Source: an uncultured Eggerthellaceae bacterium (GTDB taxonomy: Bacteria > Actinomycetota > Coriobacteriia > Coriobacteriales > Eggerthellaceae). Taken from it: DNA of 40,096 bases. The DNA lies in the NCBI GenBank assembly GCA_965147515.1, contig CBCTKQ010000001.1, forward strand, positions 1-40,096, written 5' to 3'. Positions within the stretch are counted from its first letter, which is position 1; every line of letters begins with the position of its first letter. Positions 16,314 through 24,618 of this stretch are shown piece by piece. Below the pieces are notes generated by a model, which was given only the letters and a program-made list of their open reading frames with translations, was not told the origin of the DNA and made no database searches. The position numbers and the translations under genes are program-made.

Positions 16314-18959
16314 ATGGGATCCGGAAAGGAAACAAGGGGCGATACCGTTTATCGAGGAATAGCTTGGTCGGCTTTTGCATGCAGCGCCAATACTTCATGC
16401 GTTGATGTGAAGGACGACAAGATCCTGCGCATTCGCCCGCTGCATTACGATGATGTTGCGAGTGTCGAAGAGCGCAAGCCGTGGAAGATTGAAGCGCGCG
16501 GGAAGGTATTCGAGCCGGGCGAAAAGACGATGATTCCACCTCTGTCCATCAGCTACAAGAAGCGAATCTATTCTAAGAATCGCATTTTGCATCCGATGAA
16601 GCGCGTCGACTGGGATCCGAACGGAGAGAGAAATCCACAAAACCGAGGGAAATCGAAGTACGTCCAGATTAGCTGGGATGAAGCCACCCAGATCATCGCA
16701 GATGAGATCAAGCGCGTTCACGATGCGTACGGGCCTCTCGCAATCCTCTGCCAGGCGGACGGGCATGGAGAGACCAAAGTCGTCCATGCGCCCCATGGTG
16801 CCCAGGCGAACCTTCTCGATCTGTGTGGCGGCTATACGCTACAGTCTCGGCAGCCCGATAGTTGGGAAGGCTGGTATTGGGGCGGCAAGCACATATGGGG
16901 CAACGAGCCCGTTGGCATGCAGGTTAACCAGCGCAATCTTTTCAAGGATGTTGCCGAACACGGCGATGCGGTGCTGTACTGGGGGTGCGATCTCGAGACG
17001 ACGCCGTGGGGTTGGGGCGGCGAGCAGCCGAGCCGTATGGCGTATTTCCTAGAAGAGGTCGGTCTCCGTTCGTTCTTCATATCGCCTGACCTCAACTACA
17101 CTGGGGCTGCACATAAGGGCAAGTGGATTCCCGTCCTGCCGAATACCGATGCCGCCTTGCAGCTTGCTATCGCCTATGTGTGGCTGACCGAAGGCACGTA
17201 CTACAAGGAATATATCGAAAGCCACACCATAGGCTTCGACTGGTTCGAGCGCTATGTCCTTGGCGGCGAGGATGGCATTCCCAAGACACCGAAGTGGGCA
17301 GAGGGCAAGTGCGGCGTGCCTAGCTACACGATCAAAGCATTCGCTCGTTATTGGGCAAAGCATGCCGTCTCCATCGCCCACGCTGACGGCGGCGGAATGA
17401 TCCGCTCCCCCTTCTCGGCCGAGCCTGCTCGTCTTGAGGTTGTCCTTATGGCCATGCAGGGCATCGGACGGCCGGGAGTAGGACAGCTCCATCTGATTGA
17501 GTTCGGGCAGTTCGGCTTTGACGAGTGGAACCCGATGCCCCGCTCTGAAAAGTACTTCGAGGTGCCTGGCGCATATCACGGCTGGATGGAACTCCTTGAC
17601 GGGCATCCTTCCTTCATCCCAAAAACTATGATTCCTCAGGCTCTCATGTTGGAAGAGGGGGAGAAGCTGCATTGGCACGGTCACGGTGTTTGCACTGCTC
17701 CTCGGCTTGACCAATTCATGCCGTTTGAGTGGCCCCTCGACGGCGAGCCTTATATCCATATGATCATCTCTGATTCGCCCAGCTGGATGACGTGCTGGAA
17801 TTGCGGCAACGCCATGCAGGACGCTCTGCGGAATCCGCGAATCGAGACATACGTCATGCAGCATCCTTGGTTTGAGAACGATGCCACGTTTGCCGATCTC
17901 ATCCTTCCTGTAAGTACCATGTTCGAGCAGAAAGACATCGCTGTCGATAACTGGAGCGGTCAGTTCAACATGATGTACATCCAAGACGAATGCATCAAAC
18001 CTCTTGGAGAATCGAAGTCTGACTGGGAGTGCGCCATTGAAGTCGCTCGGAAACTCGAGAAGTTCGGTGGTGTCTATGAGAATCTCGTTGAGCGCTATAC
18101 GCAAGGCAAGGACGTCGATGCCTGGATCAAGGCTGGCTTTGAGAGTGCGAATGTCGAGCCAGAGATGATGACGTACGAAGAATTCGCTGAGAAGAAGATG
18201 TGCCTTGCCCCTACCGCCGAGGGGTGGGAGGACGACCCCGTGGCGCTGTCCAAATGGTATGAAGATTGGTCTCAGCAGCCCATGCAGACTCCGACGGGGA
18301 AGATAGAGATTTACTCGACCGGTCTTGCCAAGTACTTCCCCGATGACAAGACGCGCCCTGTCGTACCTCACTGGATTGAAGAGTCCGAAGACCTCAAAGA
18401 GCGCCTTTCCTGTGAGCGCGCTCAGGATTACCCCTTCCTCATGATTACAAACCACCCTCGTTGGCGCGTTCACTCTGAGCATGACGATGTGACCTGGCTA
18501 CGGGAGATCGAGACGTGCAAGGTCAAAGGTCCCGACGGGTACATGTACGAGCCTGTGTGGCTGAACCCAATCGATGCCGGAAAGCTGGGCATCGCCAATG
18601 GTGACGTCGTGAGCGTTTTTAACGAGCGCGGTTCTGTGCTCGGTGGCGCAATCGTCACCGAGCGCACCATGCCCGGCACGGTATATCAAGACCACGGTGC
18701 GCGCATCGACGCCATTGTCCGTGGAACCGGAGGTCTTGATCGCGGAGGTGCCAACAACCTCATCTGCCCCTTGGCCACCGCATCGGAAAATACGCTGTCT
18801 GAGGCAACCAACGGCTTCCTTGTGAACGTTAGGAAGGTCGATGTGGCCGCCCTTGCCGATGAGTATCCGGAGGCGTTCGATCGAGAGTATGACCCTGCTG
18901 ATGGCCTGAGGGTCTCAAGCTGGCTGGTTGACCAGCCGACCGAGGCCGATCAAAGATAG
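16314..18959 (+). CDS. bis-MGD molybdoenzyme large subunit, pyrogallol-phloroglucinol transhydroxylase (AthL)-like, cytoplasmic
   Basis: ATG at 16314 follows GAGAGGAGAG. PWKIEARGKVFEPGEKT...ILHPMKRVDWDPNGERNPQNRG...ISWDEATQIIADEIKRVHDAYGP closely parallels my recollection of the Pelobacter acidigallici transhydroxylase alpha N-terminus. There is no CxxCxxxC FS0 motif and no twin-arginine signal peptide. Confidence 0.8.
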   Translation: MGSGKETRGDTVYRGIAWSAFACSANTSCVDVKDDKILRIRPLHYDDVASVEERKPWKIEARGKVFEPGEKTMIPPLSISYKKRIYSKNRILHPMKRVDWDPNGERNPQNRGKSKYVQISWDEATQIIADEIKRVHDAYGPLAILCQADGHGETKVVHAPHGAQANLLDLCGGYTLQSRQPDSWEGWYWGGKHIWGNEPVGMQVNQRNLFKDVAEHGDAVLYWGCDLETTPWGWGGEQPSRMAYFLEEVGLRSFFISPDLNYTGAAHKGKWIPVLPNTDAALQLAIAYVWLTEGTYYKEYIESHTIGFDWFERYVLGGEDGIPKTPKWAEGKCGVPSYTIKAFARYWAKHAVSIAHADGGGMIRSPFSAEPARLEVVLMAMQGIGRPGVGQLHLIEFGQFGFDEWNPMPRSEKYFEVPGAYHGWMELLDGHPSFIPKTMIPQALMLEEGEKLHWHGHGVCTAPRLDQFMPFEWPLDGEPYIHMIISDSPSWMTCWNCGNAMQDALRNPRIETYVMQHPWFENDATFADLILPVSTMFEQKDIAVDNWSGQFNMMYIQDECIKPLGESKSDWECAIEVARKLEKFGGVYENLVERYTQGKDVDAWIKAGFESANVEPEMMTYEEFAEKKMCLAPTAEGWEDDPVALSKWYEDWSQQPMQTPTGKIEIYSTGLAKYFPDDKTRPVVPHWIEESEDLKERLSCERAQDYPFLMITNHPRWRVHSEHDDVTWLREIETCKVKGPDGYMYEPVWLNPIDAGKLGIANGDVVSVFNERGSVLGGAIVTERTMPGTVYQDHGARIDAIVRGTGGLDRGGANNLICPLATASENTLSEATNGFLVNVRKVDVAALADEYPEAFDREYDPADGLRVSSWLVDQPTEADQR

Positions 18960-18970
18960 GAGCACAAGAA

Positions 18971-19795
18971 ATGAAGGTTTTTGTTTACGACCTAGATAAA
19001 TGCAATGGCTGTCATAATTGCCAGATCGCCTGCAAAGACGAACATGTGGACAACGAATGGCTCCCATACGCAAAGCCCCAGCCTGATACCGGTCATTTTT
19101 GGTGCAAGGTTGAAGAGGAAGTTTGCGGTAAAACGCCCCACGTGCGCGTCAACTATCTTCCCACGCAATGCAACCATTGCGACGAGGCTCCATGCATGAA
19201 GAGCAGCGATGCGCTTTACCGGCGCGACGATGGTCTGGTGATCCTTGACCCTGAGAAGTCCAAAGGCCAAAAGGAGATAGTTGATTCGTGCCCCTATGGT
19301 GCCATCTACTGGAATGAAGAGCTGCAAATCCCCCAGAAGTGCACGGGCTGCGCCCATCTTCTCGATGACGGGTGGGAGGCTCCTCGGTGCGTAGACGCTT
19401 GCTGCACGGGCGCGCTCAGGTTCGGGGAAGAGGCGGACTTTGCTGACGAGCTGAAGGACGCCGTCGTCTTGCGGCCTGAGCTGGGCACCTCGCCGCGCGT
19501 CTATTACTTGAACAAACCGAAGCGCTTTGTTGCAGCCACCGTTGTAGACATCGACGCGGACGAGGTTGTCGAGGGTGCAGAGGTTCTTTTGCAGCGGACG
19601 AGCGACGATGCGGTCGTGCTGACGGGCCAAACCGACGAGTTTGGAGATGTCTGGCTTGAGAACATCGACCCTGACTCATACAGACTGTGGATGAAAAAGG
19701 ATGGATATCTTGATCAATCGATCGACGTCGATCTCACCGCAAAGGATCAAGCATACCCGGAATTGCAGTTCTTCAAGGCCCCTACCCGAGCCTGA
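18971..19795 (+). CDS. iron-sulfur small subunit (BthL-like): 3x[4Fe-4S] ferredoxin domain plus C-terminal beta-sandwich domain
   Basis: Cys groups are CNGCHNCQIAC, CNHCDEAPC, SCPYGAIYW and CTGCAHLLDDGWEAPRCVDAC. The last ~90 aa resemble a carboxypeptidase-regulatory/Ig-like fold (TGQTDEFGDVWLENIDPDSYRL). The 274-aa length matches the transhydroxylase beta subunit architecture. Confidence 0.8.
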   Translation: MKVFVYDLDKCNGCHNCQIACKDEHVDNEWLPYAKPQPDTGHFWCKVEEEVCGKTPHVRVNYLPTQCNHCDEAPCMKSSDALYRRDDGLVILDPEKSKGQKEIVDSCPYGAIYWNEELQIPQKCTGCAHLLDDGWEAPRCVDACCTGALRFGEEADFADELKDAVVLRPELGTSPRVYYLNKPKRFVAATVVDIDADEVVEGAEVLLQRTSDDAVVLTGQTDEFGDVWLENIDPDSYRLWMKKDGYLDQSIDVDLTAKDQAYPELQFFKAPTRA

Positions 19796-19830
19796 CTCAC
19801 TCAAGACGCGCAAGCACATGATTTTGGGAG

Positions 19831-21360
19831 ATGACAATGGATACAACTCAAGATATAAAACAAACACCCAAGAAGGAAAAGCTGGAACGCGGTAACGGCA
19901 TGAACCAGTTGCCAAAGACGCCTCATCTTTTGGCGTTTGGTCTGCAGCATGCACTCATCATACTCTTTCAAACACTTCCTGCTCCTTTGCTCATTTCGGC
20001 AGGCGTTGGATTAGATGCCGTGCAAACGGCATTGCTGGTGGCGTCTGCGTTGTTTGTAAGCGGCATCTGCACCTTCATCCAAAGCTTTGGGCTCGGTCCG
20101 ATAGGCGCAAAGATTCCGATGGTCATGGTCGGCAGCTTCGTCTTCATCGCGCCGGCTGCGCTGATCATTCCACAATCTGGGTTCGGCGGGTATATGGGAG
20201 CCTGCATCGTTGCGGCAATCGTATGCGGAGTGATATTCGTCTTGTTCTCAGGATGGCTCAAGGTTATCTTTCCTTCTTTCATTTCTGGAGCGGTTCTGCT
20301 CGTCTTGGGCACGGGACTCATTGGCAACGCGCTTAACAACTGCGCTGGCGGGGCGGGCGTCGAAAATTATGGCGACCCCATGTTCCTTGCTCTTGCAGGC
20401 ATCACATTCCTGATAACACTTGTACTTAGCGTCTTCGGTAAAGGATTCATCCAGGGTGCGGCTCCTCTTATCGCATTGGTCATTGGCTTCATAATCAGCA
20501 TCTGTCTTGGAATGGTCGACTTCTCCTCCGTTGAAGAGGCTGCTTGGTTCGGCGTGCCTCAGCCTCTTGCTTGGGGAATATCGTTCCCGATAGATGCCTG
20601 CCTTGTTATGACCCTCGTCGCCGTCTGTGGCGTAGTCGAGATTCTCGGCACGACGTCCGCTACCGTGGATACGGCGGCAAGCAGGCCCGCAACCCTTGAG
20701 GAGACGCGAAAAACGGTTCTAACGCAGGCCGTTACAAGCGTCTTCGCAGGTATCTTCAACGCCGTCCCGACCATTTCCGGCTCTGCGAATATCGGCCTTA
20801 TGGGCATCACCAAAGTGTTCTCGCGTTATGCGGTCGCATGCGCAGGCGTGATCGTTCTCGTCATGGGCCTTTGCCCGAAGTTTGCGGCTGTGTTCTCCGT
20901 CATTCCCAATCCGGTGTTCGGTGGAGCCGTATTGATGATGTTCGGCACTATTCTTGTAAACGGAATGAAAATCATCATGGAAAGCGAGCAGACGGGACGC
21001 ACTCAAACGATCCTTGCCGTGGCGCTTGCAGTCGGAATCGGATTCAACTCGTTCCCTGACGCTTTGGCGCAGTTCCCGTTCTGGGTTTCCACGATGCTGT
21101 GCGGCGTACCTGGTACCGCCTTCGTTGCGGTCATCCTCAACGTGATCCTTCCTGGCCGCAACCTCAAAAAGCAGTCGCTCGAAGATCAGGGTGAGAAGCC
21201 GCGCGAGGACGAGCGCAAGGCCCTTGGCAACGAGACGACCGAAGAGAACCTCATGGGCGTCGAGGTGGATGTCAGCAATCTTGAGGCGCCCAAGGCGGGT
21301 GAGACCGTTTCACCCATCGACTTCGAGGCGGCAAAACGCCCTGACAATGAGAAGCGTTGA
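19831..21360 (+). CDS. NCS2/NAT-family permease (paralog 1) with a long acidic C-terminal tail
   Basis: FGLQHxL start, 14-TM-like pattern. The signature region is SGSANIGLMGITK. The start could be 19831, 19837 or 19900. Confidence 0.8.
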   Translation: MTMDTTQDIKQTPKKEKLERGNGMNQLPKTPHLLAFGLQHALIILFQTLPAPLLISAGVGLDAVQTALLVASALFVSGICTFIQSFGLGPIGAKIPMVMVGSFVFIAPAALIIPQSGFGGYMGACIVAAIVCGVIFVLFSGWLKVIFPSFISGAVLLVLGTGLIGNALNNCAGGAGVENYGDPMFLALAGITFLITLVLSVFGKGFIQGAAPLIALVIGFIISICLGMVDFSSVEEAAWFGVPQPLAWGISFPIDACLVMTLVAVCGVVEILGTTSATVDTAASRPATLEETRKTVLTQAVTSVFAGIFNAVPTISGSANIGLMGITKVFSRYAVACAGVIVLVMGLCPKFAAVFSVIPNPVFGGAVLMMFGTILVNGMKIIMESEQTGRTQTILAVALAVGIGFNSFPDALAQFPFWVSTMLCGVPGTAFVAVILNVILPGRNLKKQSLEDQGEKPREDERKALGNETTEENLMGVEVDVSNLEAPKAGETVSPIDFEAAKRPDNEKR

Positions 21361-21398
21361 TCGACGAATTGCCCACAAGAGCGCGGAGAGGTGCACGC

Positions 21399-22778
21399 AT
21401 GAAAGCTGATGGATACAAGATAAACGACAAGCCGCCGGTCAAAGAGCTGATTCCTTTTGGTATCCAGCACTCGCTCCTGATAGCATTCCAAGCCCTGCCA
21501 TACCCTCTTTTGGTTGCGGCGGGGCTTGGGTTCGACCCGGTTCAGACTGCGATCTTGGTGTCGTGTGCCTTCTTCGTTTCCGGGTTGTCTACTATTTTGC
21601 AGACGATGGGAATCGGGCCCGTTGGCGGCAAGGTGCCCATAGCAATGACCGTGAGCGTCGTGTTCGTTTCGCCAGCGCTCCTTATCGCTCCACAAGTCGG
21701 ATACGCTGGCTATGTCGGGGCATGCCTGGTCGGAAGCCTCATATGCGGTCTCGTTTTCTTTGCCTTCTCTGACAAGCTGAGAGTGATTTTTCCTCCGTTC
21801 GTCTCTGGGTCGGTCGTCTTCGTTTTAGGTGCGACCTTGATCGGTGTGGCGCTTGGATACTGTGCTGGCGGCAGCGGAAGCGTTGATTATGGGGACCCGT
21901 CGAACTTTATCTTATCCGGCGTGACCTTGGTTGCCGTGCTGGCATTCCATGTTCTTGGGAAAGGCTTTCTGCATGGCGCAGCACCCTTGCTGGGACTCTG
22001 CATCGGTTTCATCGTGGCAGTGCTCATGGGAAAGGTTGATTTCACTCCTGTGGCAGAGGCAGCTTGGTTCGGCTTTCCTCAGCCGCTCTACTGGGGAATC
22101 GAGTTTCCCTTGGATGCATGTCTCACGATCGGGTTTCTAGCGATCTGCGGCGTAGCAGAATTGCTCGGCGATGTTTCGGCCACGACGAAGATCGCAGCAA
22201 ACAGGATGCCGACAAAAAGAGAGACGCGCGGCGTTATCTTCACTCAGGCGATAACAAGCGCCATTTCCGGGGTCTTCAATTGTGGACCTACCATATCTGC
22301 GAGCGCAGATGTCGGGCTTCTCGGTTTCACGAAGGTTTGCAGCCGATATGTTGTCGCTGTTGCGGGCTCCATCATGGTGCTCGCGGGCATCTGCCCGAAG
22401 ATAAGCACTCTTTGTTCCGTGATCCCCACAGCCGTCTTTGGCGGAGCGGTCCTCCTTATGTTCGGCGTTATCCTCGTCAATGGCATTAAGATCATCATGG
22501 AATCGAGGCCGGATGAGAGGGTAGCGACCATCGTTGCCGTTTCCACGGCGATAGGGCTTGGGTTTAACGCATTCCCTGACGCCTTGGCGCAGTTTCCATT
22601 TTGGGTGTCGATGTTTCTGTGTGGCATACCGGGAACGGCTTTTTCTGCCGTGATCTTGAACCTGCTTCTTCCTGGCAGAAAAGGCTCGATGCAGTGGGAA
22701 GACGGTATCGAAGACATTGCAGGGCAGATTGCTTCTGTAGATGAAAGTCTTGTTGGAACGGATAGTCACGCTAAATAG
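21399..22778 (+). CDS. NCS2/NAT-family permease (paralog 2)
   Basis: ATG at 21399 follows GGAGAGG. It is collinear with paralog 1 (FGIQHSLL, GPVGGKVPIAM, ALAQFPFWVS). The signature region is SASADVGLLGFTK. Confidence 0.8.
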   Translation: MKADGYKINDKPPVKELIPFGIQHSLLIAFQALPYPLLVAAGLGFDPVQTAILVSCAFFVSGLSTILQTMGIGPVGGKVPIAMTVSVVFVSPALLIAPQVGYAGYVGACLVGSLICGLVFFAFSDKLRVIFPPFVSGSVVFVLGATLIGVALGYCAGGSGSVDYGDPSNFILSGVTLVAVLAFHVLGKGFLHGAAPLLGLCIGFIVAVLMGKVDFTPVAEAAWFGFPQPLYWGIEFPLDACLTIGFLAICGVAELLGDVSATTKIAANRMPTKRETRGVIFTQAITSAISGVFNCGPTISASADVGLLGFTKVCSRYVVAVAGSIMVLAGICPKISTLCSVIPTAVFGGAVLLMFGVILVNGIKIIMESRPDERVATIVAVSTAIGLGFNAFPDALAQFPFWVSMFLCGIPGTAFSAVILNLLLPGRKGSMQWEDGIEDIAGQIASVDESLVGTDSHAK

Positions 22779-22822
22779 CTGCTTTATGTGAATCAAATCT
22801 TGGTTCTGCCTTCTTTCTCTGT

Positions 22823-22866
22823 GGCGACGTCTCGCTTCTACCCCCTAGGAGACGTCGCCTTTCTTT
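22823..22866 (+). terminator. intrinsic terminator closing the molybdoenzyme/permease operon
   Basis: 11-bp perfect stem GGCGACGTCTC / GAGACGTCGCC, 15-nt loop, then TTTCTTT. Confidence 0.7.
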
Positions 22867-22942
22867 GCTCTTGAGCGTCATCTACACCGGCGCATTAGGC
22901 TTGGGCCACTAAGAAAATCGATCCTATTCGCTCATTACTGAT

Positions 22943-23163
22943 ATGACTCGGATTTATGGAAAACGGACTGAAGTTAAAGGCTCTGCGGTAAATTACTTCG
23001 TGTCTATTCGAGTTGATAAGCTAAATCAGATTGAGATTCGCGTTACGGAAGAGATATTTAATGCTCTGGATGAGCTTCAGAGCGAACTTTGGAGACTCGA
23101 AAGGAAAGAGTCTAGACGCTGTGCTCATTTTGAAAGTCTTAAAGACTGTCACATACCCCATGC
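22943..23163 (+). pseudogene. N-terminal fragment of a conjugative-element sigma-70-region-4-like regulator
   Basis: IEIRVTEEIFNALDELQSELWRLERKESRRCAHFESLKD fits the (V/I)xVxxE(I/V)(Y/F)...W(R/K)xE(R/K)...SL(D/E) N-terminal pattern of ICE/transposon-associated sigma-like proteins. The rest of the 193-aa track ORF is antisense to abiEii and is not credible. Confidence 0.35.
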
Positions 23164-23655
23164 TTATCGTGCCATGAGCCCTGAAGACGTTTGCGAAGGG
23201 TATCGCATGGCGCCTGGTACGAGCGAGTCGCCCGTGGTGATGTCGATCTTCACGATGGTGCGGATCTTGCCGAGCCTCACACCGATGTGCGCCCTGAATC
23301 CCGGGTACTCGTCTTCCTCTCTGATGTCCTCGATGTGGTCGGGCGAGTACTCGATCCCGTCGTCAGCCGCCATGGCGCATACATCTTCTATCATCGACTT
23401 GACGGCATCCTCGCTCATCGGCATTCCGACAACGGTGGCATCCATGTCCATGGTGGTGCGCTGGGCGATGCCCGCCATGGATGCGATGAGCATGCCTCCT
23501 TTGAGGACCACCTTATCGACGTAGGCGCTTTTCGCAATCCGTGCGAGGAAGCGCTCCAACAGGTGCATCTGGAGGACCGCCTGCGGGGATACTCCCGTCT
23601 TCTTGGCGAGGTTCTTCGCACGGTCCCTCAGGCTGGCATCGTTCATGGGGCTCAT
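23164..23655 (-). pseudogene. abiEii: AbiEii/AbiGii-family nucleotidyltransferase toxin, C-terminally truncated
   Basis: The N-terminal ~150 aa carry the NTase motif LKGGMLIASMAG...TTMDMDAT. Full-length members are roughly twice as long. There is a 4-nt ATGA overlap with the upstream abiEi. Confidence 0.7.
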
Positions 23656-24257
23656 AGCAGGACCTCCGCGTATCTTTGCAGGTCGCGCTCCACTCCGAGC
23701 GCCCGGGCGTACTCGGAGAGCTTCGCGAGGTCCTTGTCAGGTAACCTGAAGTATCCCTCGATCGCGCTTTTGAGTATCTGTATATCTATATCGTTCTTGC
23801 TCCTCGCGATTATCGCGTCGCAGACGCACCTCTCTTTGTCGTAGGCCCTCACGGGTGCGCCGGACATGCCCGTTATGTACTCGATCCCGATGGGGTAGGC
23901 ACCGGCGTTGGCGCGATAGACGATGGCGGATGGGTGCGCCGCCGCGAAGCTTGTCACGCTATAGGCGCTCGGGAACGTCACGTCGAGGGCGAGGGGGAAG
24001 CGATCGGAGAGCCCGTGCAGGTAGAGGGCGCTCGCGTGGGAGATGACGGCCCGCCCCCAGCGCGACGTGACGGTCTCGAAGTCATCGACCAGCACGTCGG
24101 GGAGCGCGTACACCCCGCGGGTCTCGCGGTTGATCGCCCCGCTTTCCGCAAGGCTTGCGATGAGCCCCGCGCTGAAGCCGGCGGCTCTTAGCTCGCTCTG
24201 CCTTGCGATGCCCCCCTTCGATTTGAGGAGTTCTATCAGCTCGTCAGTGCGCGTCAC
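23652..24257 (-). CDS. abiEi: AbiEi-family type IV antitoxin / transcriptional regulator
   Basis: GTG at 24257 lies 5 nt after GAGGAGAA. It has an N-terminal winged HTH (IARQSELRAAGFSAGLIASL...G.I......GVY) and a C-terminal AbiEi_4-like domain. Confidence 0.75.
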   Translation of the reverse strand: MTRTDELIELLKSKGGIARQSELRAAGFSAGLIASLAESGAINRETRGVYALPDVLVDDFETVTSRWGRAVISHASALYLHGLSDRFPLALDVTFPSAYSVTSFAAAHPSAIVYRANAGAYPIGIEYITGMSGAPVRAYDKERCVCDAIIARSKNDIDIQILKSAIEGYFRLPDKDLAKLSEYARALGVERDLQRYAEVLL

Positions 24258-24618
24258 CCGTTCTCCTCTATAGACGTCTATGCAGAAATATATCAATATT
24301 CTAGCACGAACGTCTATTGAGCGAATGTTCGATTGAAAATTTCAGCCGAGACCTTCCCTCAGCGCCCGCTCCTAGTCCGTCCATATAGGGAGGCAGGCGC
24401 CTCCCCGCGAACCTTGAGAATCCCATACCCGCCGCACCCTGGCAAGGCCAAGAGCGTGCCACGCGATGAGGGGCCTCGTGGGCCGGTGGGAGCCGCCGTC
24501 AAGGTGGCGCTGCGCGGAGGGGATGCCCCGTTCCGGACGAACTGGCTCGGGGCGGCTCCTCCCGCACATAGGAGATCGGAAAACTCGGGGAGAGACTCTG
24601 TATGGAAGTCCGCTTTGG

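Noticed and set aside
17049-18482. 477-aa antisense ORF inside the transhydroxylase-like large subunit gene, notable because this region is not high-GC.
   Set aside because: It is in exact codon register with the sense gene. Its openness only reflects the rarity of TTA, CTA and TCA codons in the sense frame. It has no RBS and no recognisable motifs. The antisense ORFs opposite lysS (11220-12731), the histidine kinase (30776-31825) and trpB2 (32535-33371) were rejected for the same reason.
22943-23524. 193-aa plus-strand ORF taken as a full gene.
   Set aside because: Only the first ~73 codons resemble an ICE sigma-like protein. From about 23164 onward the ORF is antisense to the AbiEii gene and codes low-complexity Ser/Met-rich sequence.
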